From Pseudomonas phage sp. 30-2: a DNA stretch of 64,000 bases. The notes under the pieces were generated by a model, which was given only the letters and a program-made list of their open reading frames with translations, was not told where the DNA came from and did no database searches. The DNA is taken from the sequence record LC727697.1; one strand, 5' to 3'. Made by a program: the position numbers and the translations under genes. The first letter of the stretch is position 1. Each line of letters begins with the position of its first letter. This document shows positions 18,424-27,424 of the stretch, in pieces.

Positions 18424-19113
18424 TTATTTTACAAGAGACATAAATTCTGCACGGGTGGCAGGATCGTTGCTAAATGCACCACTTAATTTAGAAGTTATCG
18501 TACTCGAACTTGTATCTTCTACACCCCTAGATTCCACACACAGATGCCTTCCGTTAATTAAAACAGCAACATCGTCTGTTTCCAGAATATACCGTAATGC
18601 ATGAAATATTTGCAATGTGAGTCGTTCTTGAACTTGAGGTCTCTTGCAGAAAAATTCTGCTACTCTATTTAATTTAGAGAGACCTATTACTTTATTTTTA
18701 GGAATATAAGCAACTGATATTCCGCCTCGACCGGAAGATGATCCAGAAATTATTGGTAAAATATGATGTTCGCACTGAGAATATAAATCTATATCTTTTA
18801 CTAAGACCATTTCATTTGCATTAAATTTATTTTCAATAGTGGTGCATTTAGGAAATGCCTCATAATCCAAGCCATAAAATATCTCAGATACATACATTTT
18901 TGCTACTCGACGAGGCGTTTCTGCAAGACTATCGTCGGAAAGATCCAACGCAAGTGCATTCATAATTTCAACAAAATGAGATTCAATTTTATCTATCCGC
19001 TCTTTAACGTTTAGAGTTTGCTCTTGCATAGGAGTTTCTACTCCTTGTTGGATTAAATATTGCTGTACTTTTTTGCCTAGTTCGGCATCAGTTTTAGTTT
19101 TGTTTAACGACAC
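18424..19113 (-). CDS. folE: GTP cyclohydrolase I
   Basis: CEHHILPI motif and the C-terminal KRPQVQERLT signature. Confidence 0.85.
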   Translation of the reverse strand: MSLNKTKTDAELGKKVQQYLIQQGVETPMQEQTLNVKERIDKIESHFVEIMNALALDLSDDSLAETPRRVAKMYVSEIFYGLDYEAFPKCTTIENKFNANEMVLVKDIDLYSQCEHHILPIISGSSSGRGGISVAYIPKNKVIGLSKLNRVAEFFCKRPQVQERLTLQIFHALRYILETDDVAVLINGRHLCVESRGVEDTSSSTITSKLSGAFSNDPATRAEFMSLVK

Positions 19114-19261
19114 GATTTCCTCCTGAAATCATTTTAGTTTGATAAGCAAAGTGCCGCCTGCACTTTGCTTTAATTATTTGTATAGTATACTATACGTTTT
19201 CTTCCGTGTCAACCCAATGACAAAGATATTTAGATACGTTTTAACATCATTAACTACATAG

Positions 19262-19573
19262 TTAAAATAAATGCGGAATATAAGGCAACGGGGTTGTTTT
19301 AGGCATTGATACAATTGCATCTTTAATAGAATTAACTGTATTTTTTATCAATGATATGTCTGTTTGAATTTCATTTATGCGGGCACACATAGTAGTTAGC
19401 ATACTTAGCAAAGACTCAGATGTATATACATGATCTTCGCCTTTTAATTTATCCATTATATTTTCTTTTTCTAAAATGTCTATAATATCTGGCGTAGATA
19501 ATAATTGCTCTACTTTTTTTAAAGTTTCCACTACATCAACGATATCGTATGTTACATTGATCGGAGTTTTCAT
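19262..19573 (-). CDS. hypothetical protein (103 aa)
   Basis: ORF on coding strand. Confidence 0.4.
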   Translation of the reverse strand: MKTPINVTYDIVDVVETLKKVEQLLSTPDIIDILEKENIMDKLKGEDHVYTSESLLSMLTTMCARINEIQTDISLIKNTVNSIKDAIVSMPKTTPLPYIPHLF

Positions 19574-20469
19574 TATATAGCCATCCTAGGTTTATTAGAA
19601 ACATCTGGATTACATTTGTAATTTTCTAGTTCTATATCTTCGAATTCAAGTGACAATATATCATCTAAAGTCTTTAAATCCTTTTTAATTATAAGTTTAG
19701 GTAAGTCATGCCAGGTCCTGGTTATTAATTCTTTTGCCATGTCCATTTGGTTGTTGTAAATATGGACATCCATTCCAGAATAGTATAATATTCCCGGTTC
19801 TATTCCGAGTACATTTGCTATAAAATGATTTAATAGAGAATAAAACATTATATTAGTGGGTGTACCGAAGCATATATCTTGACTTCTTGCAACAAAACTA
19901 CTATTTAATTTTCCATCAAGAATTTGATACTGATGATATAAATGACAACTAGGTAAGGCAGCATCATCTAATTGGGTAGGATTCCAGTGTAAAACAATGT
20001 GTCTTCTAGAGTGTGGATCCTTAGTTAAAGATTCTATTAAATTTTTTATCTGATCTATGCCAGTATTGTCAAGTTTACTGTAATCTGTGATTCCGTTTAC
20101 AGTAGAATAATGACCTCCAAAATTTCTCATCTGGAATCCATATCCTTTACCGATATGGCCTACTGGCAAATAATTTAATTTTCTACTATCTAAAAATTCT
20201 CTAGTAGTATTTCCTTCCCAGATGTTAATGTTTTTATTTTTTAAAATTGTAGAATCTACTTGCCCTCTTAGCATCCACATAAGTTCTTCAAACGCAATTC
20301 TCAATGATGCACGTCGTGAAGTTTGAATAGGAAATCCTTCCGTTAAGTTTATGTGCATATTTGCACCCCAAATGGCCCTGGATCCTATTCCGGTCCTATC
20401 ATCCCTATCTATACCTGTATCTAAAATAGTTTTAATTATGTTTAAATATTGCGGATCGTAATTATTCAT
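19573..20469 (-). CDS. thymidylate synthase family enzyme (ThyA / pyrimidine hydroxymethylase fold)
   Basis: DRTGIGSRAIWG ... FPIQTSRRASL ... active-site Cys in PSCHLYHQYQI ... RSQDICFGTPTN; the specificity position after the Cys aligns to Asn as in dUMP-using enzymes. Confidence 0.8.
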   Translation of the reverse strand: MNNYDPQYLNIIKTILDTGIDRDDRTGIGSRAIWGANMHINLTEGFPIQTSRRASLRIAFEELMWMLRGQVDSTILKNKNINIWEGNTTREFLDSRKLNYLPVGHIGKGYGFQMRNFGGHYSTVNGITDYSKLDNTGIDQIKNLIESLTKDPHSRRHIVLHWNPTQLDDAALPSCHLYHQYQILDGKLNSSFVARSQDICFGTPTNIMFYSLLNHFIANVLGIEPGILYYSGMDVHIYNNQMDMAKELITRTWHDLPKLIIKKDLKTLDDILSLEFEDIELENYKCNPDVSNKPRMAI

Positions 20470-20789
20470 TATTTTTTAAGCTTGTTAAATGTTCTGTATT
20501 TTTGAATATAGTTCGAATTTATTATTTGTTTTGTTATAAAAACCAATACGTGTTGTAATACAATAATTGCCCAGAATGCAGTATATAATAACGGAATAAA
20601 ACAGAATAAAAATTGTCCTATTGCTAGCCAAAACCAATCGAACAGATGTTTGTTTATTTTTTCAGATAAAGTGTCTTCAGTTTCATCGTCAGCTATAATA
20701 TAAATCATCTTAATAAACGATACAATAACCACTATGGCAAAAACAACAAAATTAATTATTTGGCCATAGAACATAAAACTATCATTCAT
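20469..20789 (-). CDS. small membrane protein (106 aa)
   Basis: Two or three hydrophobic segments. Confidence 0.4.
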   Translation of the reverse strand: MNDSFMFYGQIINFVVFAIVVIVSFIKMIYIIADDETEDTLSEKINKHLFDWFWLAIGQFLFCFIPLLYTAFWAIIVLQHVLVFITKQIINSNYIQKYRTFNKLKK

Positions 20790-21150
20790 ACAACTCCTTT
20801 CCTTTAAAAATTATTATATCTTTATTTTGACTTTTAGCTATATAGAAGCTGTGTTTTGTTCCTTTACTGACGCCATCCCAGAATGCAACACCAGAATGTG
20901 CGTTATCCCATATTTCTACATTTCTTTTGAAACCTGCAGATTTACCGTATTGTTTCCAGTCTGGTTTTATTTCTAGTAATGGTATATTATTTAAGTTTGC
21001 GTATATAGCAGCTATTTCATCGGGACTATTTTTACATCCGCCCGATACTATACCTTCGTACATATATTCTGTAAAAAGTGCATCCAATACCAAGAATATA
21101 AAGTCAGAATCTATGTACCCTCTACTGCCAACTACAGCCAAGTATTTCAT
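20782..21150 (-). CDS. SLOG-cluster (DUF2493-like) small protein
   Basis: VVGSRGY ... VSGGCKNSPDEIAAIYA ... the glycine-rich Rossmann-like pattern common to phage SLOG proteins; tentative. Confidence 0.4.
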   Translation of the reverse strand: MKYLAVVGSRGYIDSDFIFLVLDALFTEYMYEGIVSGGCKNSPDEIAAIYANLNNIPLLEIKPDWKQYGKSAGFKRNVEIWDNAHSGVAFWDGVSKGTKHSFYIAKSQNKDIIIFKGKELYE

Positions 21151-21908
21151 ATTGCTATAAATTTCTCTAATCTAATAACAGATTGTATATCCAATATTGC
21201 ACAACTAAGCTTACCTTCCGGTATTTTCCCGCACGACGTGTCCATAAAGATAGTCCTACCTTTATTATTGTTTACATGTATTACGGGGTGTGTTATTTTC
21301 TTTCCGTGAAAAGGTGCTCTATCGTGTCCTACTATACACCATTTACCCGAAGGGACATAATCCGTCCAACTATAAAGTCTAACGGGAAAGCCTGTATTAT
21401 CACGTTGACCATTGGTTTGACCGTACAGTAACATATACCTCTCGTACTTCGATACTGCTACAGGATAATCCCACATTGATTCTGCTACTGCACCGTGAGC
21501 AAATAACCAATTGTTTAAATATGCATAGTAGTATGCATTGCAATTGGTTATAATGTCTGTTATGCAATCGGAAAATTCAGAAATTAAATAATCGCCTATG
21601 CTTTCTAATGTAGATTGCTGTTGGTTACCCAACACAACTTCGTTGCCTTGCGCCCAGCGATAGAATTTGTCATCATGATTTCCTATAATTAATGCACCGC
21701 AGTTACTCTCTATTACCGATTTTACCATTAATAGAGTTTCCATAGGTTTTGCATTAACTACACCGTCGACTAAATCGCCGAGAAATACAACAAACATGTC
21801 ATGTTTAGTTGCATAGTCTAACGCTTGTTTTAGTTTGTCAGCTGCCGAATGAATATCACTAATAACTAGCATTTTCGAATAGCCTGAAGTACAGTGTGCT
21901 AAGTTCAT
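21147..21908 (-). CDS. calcineurin-like metallophosphoesterase
   Basis: DIHSAADKL, GDLVDG, GNHDD motifs of the PPP/ApaH family. Confidence 0.7.
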   Translation of the reverse strand: MNLAHCTSGYSKMLVISDIHSAADKLKQALDYATKHDMFVVFLGDLVDGVVNAKPMETLLMVKSVIESNCGALIIGNHDDKFYRWAQGNEVVLGNQQQSTLESIGDYLISEFSDCITDIITNCNAYYYAYLNNWLFAHGAVAESMWDYPVAVSKYERYMLLYGQTNGQRDNTGFPVRLYSWTDYVPSGKWCIVGHDRAPFHGKKITHPVIHVNNNKGRTIFMDTSCGKIPEGKLSCAILDIQSVIRLEKFIAI

Positions 21909-21965
21909 GTTTATTCATCCAGTTGTACTAATATAGTTACATTATACAACTGTTGTAGTAGAAAG

Positions 21966-22181
21966 TCAATGTCTATAAATATTACTGTCAGGGATAGAAA
22001 AGTATAACATAAACATAAGTGCATCACTTTCTTCAAAGAACGCAAAAGTAATACATATTCTGTAATTTTCACTATCATACGACGACATGATATAATAATC
22101 TGCAGGACTAACGTTCTCAGAACACCACAACATCATGTCGCGTTTATTTTCATCTAGTATAGGTATTTGGATTTTAACCAT
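21966..22181 (-). CDS. small protein of the WC(D/N/S)EN paralog family (copy 3)
   Basis: MMLWCSENVSPADY ... FFEESDALMFMLYF. Confidence 0.4.
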   Translation of the reverse strand: MVKIQIPILDENKRDMMLWCSENVSPADYYIMSSYDSENYRICITFAFFEESDALMFMLYFSIPDSNIYRH

Positions 22182-22398
22182 TTAGTCTCTTTTCAGACGT
22201 AGAAATAAACGAATTAAGCTTTTTTGCTACTTCTATTACTTCATCTGCCGAAATGTCTATACATTCTGTTATGACAACACTTCCAGACGAATGTATGCTT
22301 TTACTTATATAATCTGCTTGTTTTTTATCTCTTACGATTTTATAAGCAAGTTCTAAAATATTAAGTCTAATTTCGTACGGTGTTTTACTAGCAGACAT
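22174..22398 (-). CDS. hypothetical protein (74 aa)
   Basis: ORF on coding strand. Confidence 0.35.
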   Translation of the reverse strand: MSASKTPYEIRLNILELAYKIVRDKKQADYISKSIHSSGSVVITECIDISADEVIEVAKKLNSFISTSEKRLNG

Positions 22399-22439
22399 TT
22401 TTTTCTCCTTGTGTGTTTGTGTCTAGTTAATGTATTTAG

Positions 22440-23462
22440 TTAACGCATTTTCTTTAATCCGGGACTATATTGATTCTGATACATAGTCATTACCCTAGTA
22501 GCAGACGTTTCGCCGGTCCTTGCGTATGCGATGTGTATCCAAGGCATGTTGCCATGCTCCCATATAAGTTGTTTGTACGGGACATTATCTTTTACCCACA
22601 AAACCATTTGCCATAATTGATCATACGACTTTCCTGGCCATTGTAAATCGGCAGCAAAACCCTTTTCGTGATCAGACTTACCGTTTTGTACATTCCTGAA
22701 ACCGGAATTTATTCTAGCTCCCGGATATTGTGCTATAATAGGTTCTAAGCAATGCTCTGCTAAACTTTTAAGATTACATACTATTTCATTTACAGTTAGA
22801 CCACGTTGTGCTTTTATAGCATGAGGAAATGTGGCTTTTATAGATAAATCCCCTATTGTAAAATTAGGACTTAATCTAATAGAATAATCTATGCTACCTG
22901 TTATGACCGGACATTCAGTGGGTATCGGTGGACGTGCCGGGGGAATATTATTATTTTCATCTACAGGAGGTTTAGATATGGGCGGCGGTGGTGTTGTTTG
23001 GGGTAGGGGAGGATAATGTCCTCCCCCTGAATTTGTTTCATATTCGTCTGCAATAGGATCGCCTTCCTGATAATCTAAAGGACCGCAAGGAAGAATTCCT
23101 ACTGCGTTGATATATTCATTCTGGTCTTTAGGTAATATTACATCATCTACTATTATAGGATCAGTGTTGCCGTTATTAATAAAAACGTTAGGACTACCCT
23201 GAGCTGCCAACGAAGTGCAACCGACTAAATCGCCTAGCCTAGCAGCAGGAAGATTATTTACCCAGACGTTAGGGGATCCTACTGCCATCGTACTATTGTG
23301 ACAGGACCCGGCGGGACTGCAATGCACATCCCACTTATCTGTTACTCGGTGTTCTGGCAAATTATTCACGAATACGTTAGGACTACCCTGAACATTCGGG
23401 CGCGGCGGATATCCAATTTGATGACCGCTACATATATCCCCTAATCTTACTGCTTCTGGCAT
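22440..23462 (-). CDS. PAAR-repeat domain fused to peptidase M15 (D-Ala-D-Ala carboxypeptidase/VanY-like) via a proline-rich linker
   Basis: N-terminal 100 aa carry three repeats GSPNVFVNNLPEHRVTD / GSPNVWVNNLPAARLGD / GSPNVFINNGN, including a literal PAAR; Pro-rich linker PPLPQTTPPPPISKPP; C-terminus SDHEKGFAADLQ ... WIHI, typical of M15 zinc peptidases. Confidence 0.75.
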   Translation of the reverse strand: MPEAVRLGDICSGHQIGYPPRPNVQGSPNVFVNNLPEHRVTDKWDVHCSPAGSCHNSTMAVGSPNVWVNNLPAARLGDLVGCTSLAAQGSPNVFINNGNTDPIIVDDVILPKDQNEYINAVGILPCGPLDYQEGDPIADEYETNSGGGHYPPLPQTTPPPPISKPPVDENNNIPPARPPIPTECPVITGSIDYSIRLSPNFTIGDLSIKATFPHAIKAQRGLTVNEIVCNLKSLAEHCLEPIIAQYPGARINSGFRNVQNGKSDHEKGFAADLQWPGKSYDQLWQMVLWVKDNVPYKQLIWEHGNMPWIHIAYARTGETSATRVMTMYQNQYSPGLKKMR

Positions 23463-23486
23463 ATGAACTCCTGTATTTTAATTTAT

Positions 23487-24626
23487 TTAGTCTAAACTAA
23501 ATCCTGTATTATAAATTTCAGAAATATCATTTTTTACTCCGCCCTGAGTATACGAAGTAATTTCCTCTTCTTGCGGCGCTACTTGGGTTGTTTTAGAACC
23601 AATCCAATGCTCTGTCCACGGAAGTGGATTACTAGCATGTTTGTATATTTTTTGCATACCTAATGCATGCAAACGTCTATCTGCAATAAACTCAACATAC
23701 TGTTTTAGTATGGCAGACGATAAACCTACGATAGAACCATCTTTAAACAAATAATCTGCCCATTCACGTTCTTGTTGAACAGCTTCTTCATACATAGCAT
23801 AAACCTCATCTTTGCAATTTTCTGCAATTTGTTTCCATGCTTCGCCTTCTGAGCCATCTGCAAACTTTTTAAGAATAGTAGTAGTAACTGCCAAGTGTAC
23901 GTTTTCGTCTCTGCAAATCATTTTAATTATTTTTGCAGATTTATTCATTAATTTTAACGATTCACTATATGCCCACGTACATGCAAACGAAACATAAAAT
24001 CTGACACCTTCTAGTATGTTTATGGCTACCATCATTTTATAGAATAATGTCATTAATTTTTTCGGATTTATATCTATTTCTTTACCGTTTACAATATGAT
24101 TACCATAACCTAGCATATTGTACCAATTACCATATTCTATAAACTCGTCATAGTATTTTGTAACTGCACTGGCACGTTCGATGATGGGTTCTATTTTTAC
24201 TACATTATCTAACACATCTTTTGGATCATGATACACATTCCTAATTAAGTGAGAATAACTTCTCGAATGTATACTTTCCATAAAAGTCCATGCAAGAATA
24301 AATCCTTCTAACTCCGGAATAGACACAAACGGAGTAAGTGCAATATTAGGTGCTCTACCCTGAACAGAATCTAGCAAAATCTGATAACTGAGATTTGATG
24401 TAAAAATATGTTTGCCGGCTGCGTCTAATTTGCGATGAAAATCATCTTTATCTTGATCCATTGCTATTTCTTCTGGTACCCAGAAGAAACCTATCTGTTT
24501 TCTAGTTTGCTTTTCGAAAAATGAATATTTTTGTCTATCAAACCTAGATACGTTTATTGGCCGACCGAAGAACATAGCTTCTTTAGTAGCATCAAACTGT
24601 TCTGGTTCAAATGTTTTAAATTTCAT
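23487..24626 (-). CDS. nrdB: ribonucleotide reductase class Ia beta subunit
   Basis: About 380 aa with the di-iron four-helix composition; adjacent to nrdA. Confidence 0.85.
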   Translation of the reverse strand: MKFKTFEPEQFDATKEAMFFGRPINVSRFDRQKYSFFEKQTRKQIGFFWVPEEIAMDQDKDDFHRKLDAAGKHIFTSNLSYQILLDSVQGRAPNIALTPFVSIPELEGFILAWTFMESIHSRSYSHLIRNVYHDPKDVLDNVVKIEPIIERASAVTKYYDEFIEYGNWYNMLGYGNHIVNGKEIDINPKKLMTLFYKMMVAINILEGVRFYVSFACTWAYSESLKLMNKSAKIIKMICRDENVHLAVTTTILKKFADGSEGEAWKQIAENCKDEVYAMYEEAVQQEREWADYLFKDGSIVGLSSAILKQYVEFIADRRLHALGMQKIYKHASNPLPWTEHWIGSKTTQVAPQEEEITSYTQGGVKNDISEIYNTGFSLD

Positions 24627-24679
24627 GTATGTTATCCTTATATTGTGTGTAATAAAGGGAACAATGTTCCCTTTTTATA

Positions 24680-26965
24680 TTATATTTTGCAAGAATCGCA
24701 ATCTTCTTCGTCAGCAATAGCAGATGAAATATCAGCCTCTACGTCGTCTGTTTGACCATCGTATGTATTATGGTAATAAAGTGTTTTTAAACCCATTTTA
24801 TATGCATATAGCAGATCTTTGATCATTACTGATTTCGGAATTTCATCATTCTCGTAGTGTTCTGGATTATAAAATGTATTTGTAGAAATTGCCTGATCTA
24901 GATATTTCTGTGCAACTGCTACTAGATTTAAATAACCAGTACAACTCTTCATATCCCATAACAGTTCGTATCTATTCTTTAGTTTAGGGAATCCAGGTAC
25001 CACTTGCTTAAGTCTACCTTCGCCCGATCCTTTTACACTAATAAATGCTCTGGGCGGTTCTATGCCATTAGTTGCATTACTTATTTGCGCAGATGTCTCC
25101 GATGGCATAAAACTAGATAAATTACTATTATACATGCCATATTGTGCTACTTGTTCTCTCAGTTCATCCCATGGCATTCTTTGTACATTTTTAACTAATT
25201 GGTCTACACTTGTTTTATAAGTATCTATAGGGAAAATATTCCTGCTATATTTTATATTATCCCATCCCGGTATTGTAGCATTTTTTTCTTTTGCTATATC
25301 CGAACTAGCTTTAATTAAATAATACTGGAATGCTTCCATTAACTCATCCCATGCTTCTAATCCGCTGTTATCAGTATATTTGAAATTATTTTTAGCTAAC
25401 CAATATGCAAGATTAATAACTCCTATTCCCAACGGACGATATTTAAGTGTAGAATTTTTTGCGGCAGGAATCGGATAATTTTGATAATCTAGTAACTCGT
25501 TTAAACCTCTCACTAATATTTCGGCAGGTCGTTGCAAATCTTCTTTTTTCTTAACTAAACCTAAATTAATTGCTGCAAGTGTACATAACGCTATTTCACC
25601 TTCTTCATCATATACATGTTTAAGAGGTTTAGTTGCAAGTGTAATTTCGGTACACAAATTTGTCATTTTAATCGGTGCAAATTCGGGAATAAATGCACCA
25701 TGATCATTTGCATGATCAATATTCATTAAATATATACGGCCAGTTTCTTTTCGTTCTGTTATAAACTTATCAAATAGTTCTTCAGCACTAATAGTATGCT
25801 TAATAATTCCCTTAGTATTTTCGTATTTTACATAAAGACGTTCAAATTCTTTTTGATCATCATAAAACGCTTTTTGTAAATCAGGCACTTCGTTCGGACT
25901 GAATAATGTTATATTACCATTTTCTAACAATCTAGAATATGCAAATCTGTTAAACAGTATGCAATAATCCATGTGTCTGACCGAATTCTCTTCAGTTCCT
26001 TTATTATTTTTAAGATTAAGAATTGTTTCAATTTCTAGATGCCAGTAGGGAGCAGAAAGTGTAGCGGCGCCGCCTCGTACGCCGCCTTGAGAACAAGATT
26101 TAACAGCAGCCTGGAACATTCTATAAAACGGAGTTACGCCAGTATGTTTTGTATCACCATTTCTTATCTTTGCCCCTAATGCACGTATATGACCGCCGTG
26201 TATGCCTATCCCTGCCTTTTGACTAATATATTTAACAATAGAACTAGTTGTAGCATTTATGGAATCTAAGCTATCATCAGTTTCGATTAATACACATGAA
26301 CTAAATTGTTTTACAGAGGTTCTAAGACCTGCCATAATAGGTGTTGGCAAGGAAATTACACCAGTACTTAATAAATCATAACATTCTTTTACTATAGCAA
26401 CTCGTTCTTTTCCTGTATATTTATGGAACATAGTTGCTGCAACTAAAAGATTTAGGTATTGAGGGGTTTCAAATACTTTCTTAGTAACTCTATCTTGAAC
26501 TAAATATTTTCCACGAAATTGTTCCATACCTGCATAGGCATGGTTAAAATCCCTCGAATGATCTATTACATTATCGAAATGATCCCATTCTTCCTTTGTA
26601 TACCAATCTAACAACTCTTTTGTATAATATCCTAATTTGATATTTCTTTGTACTAAATCATAAACAGGAATGGTATCATACTGACCTAATGCTTCTTTTC
26701 TAATTTGAAACAGTCGAAGCCTTGCTGCAACCCATTGGTAATTAGGACTTTCTTCAGAAATTAATTCATGTGCAGCAGCAATTAAAATTTCATGAATAGT
26801 ATCAGTTGTGATGCCGGGGTATAATTGCAATTGTGCCTTCATTTCTAAATGAGACACAGATACACCTGTTAGACCCTCGGTTGCCCAATATAAAATTTTA
26901 TGAATTTTTTCTGGATCAAATTCTTCTTTGGTACCGTCACGTTTAATAACAAAAATCCCTTTCAT
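24680..26965 (-). CDS. nrdA: ribonucleotide reductase class Ia alpha subunit
   Basis: N-terminal ATP-cone (VIKRDGTKEEFDPEKI), active-site NLCTEI, C-terminal CDSCKI redox pair. Confidence 0.9.
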   Translation of the reverse strand: MKGIFVIKRDGTKEEFDPEKIHKILYWATEGLTGVSVSHLEMKAQLQLYPGITTDTIHEILIAAAHELISEESPNYQWVAARLRLFQIRKEALGQYDTIPVYDLVQRNIKLGYYTKELLDWYTKEEWDHFDNVIDHSRDFNHAYAGMEQFRGKYLVQDRVTKKVFETPQYLNLLVAATMFHKYTGKERVAIVKECYDLLSTGVISLPTPIMAGLRTSVKQFSSCVLIETDDSLDSINATTSSIVKYISQKAGIGIHGGHIRALGAKIRNGDTKHTGVTPFYRMFQAAVKSCSQGGVRGGAATLSAPYWHLEIETILNLKNNKGTEENSVRHMDYCILFNRFAYSRLLENGNITLFSPNEVPDLQKAFYDDQKEFERLYVKYENTKGIIKHTISAEELFDKFITERKETGRIYLMNIDHANDHGAFIPEFAPIKMTNLCTEITLATKPLKHVYDEEGEIALCTLAAINLGLVKKKEDLQRPAEILVRGLNELLDYQNYPIPAAKNSTLKYRPLGIGVINLAYWLAKNNFKYTDNSGLEAWDELMEAFQYYLIKASSDIAKEKNATIPGWDNIKYSRNIFPIDTYKTSVDQLVKNVQRMPWDELREQVAQYGMYNSNLSSFMPSETSAQISNATNGIEPPRAFISVKGSGEGRLKQVVPGFPKLKNRYELLWDMKSCTGYLNLVAVAQKYLDQAISTNTFYNPEHYENDEIPKSVMIKDLLYAYKMGLKTLYYHNTYDGQTDDVEADISSAIADEEDCDSCKI

Positions 26966-26973
26966 ATATTTCC

Positions 26974-27408
26974 TTAGTTTAGTTCTCTTATGTGTTCTTT
27001 ACTGTAAATGTCTATTACAGTTATATTTGTTAGATTATTTAATTCTATTACATCTCTCGGATAATAATTTAATACCATACCATCTACAACAGGTACCATA
27101 AATCTTTGTTCTGTATCATCTATAACATACATTTTAATATTTGCATCAGGGAATACAGAAATAACAGTGTAGTACATCATTAATGATATAGAATTTTCAC
27201 AAAATTTAATATCAGCAAGAATGTCCCACGGATCTGGCCAAGTATTAGGATTATAAAAATCAATGGTTCTAGGTCCTAATGGCATATCTGCAAAAAAGTT
27301 TGCAATTTCTAGTAATGCTTGATTAATGGGTAGAGTTTTTAAGGAGAGTCTATGCTGTCTCCAGGCAGCAATCCGTTTATCTGCCCGGAGATTATTCCAA
27401 TCTGTCAT
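26974..27408 (-). CDS. hypothetical protein (144 aa)
   Basis: ORF on coding strand. Confidence 0.4.
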   Translation of the reverse strand: MTDWNNLRADKRIAAWRQHRLSLKTLPINQALLEIANFFADMPLGPRTIDFYNPNTWPDPWDILADIKFCENSISLMMYYTVISVFPDANIKMYVIDDTEQRFMVPVVDGMVLNYYPRDVIELNNLTNITVIDIYSKEHIRELN

Positions 27409-27424
27409 TTATTATTTCTATTTG

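Noticed and set aside
19140-19165. Hairpin gcaaagtgc-cgcct-gcactttgc upstream of folE
   Set aside because: It has no T-run on either transcript and lies in the 5' leader. It may be a minor regulatory structure, but nothing distinguishes it from chance.
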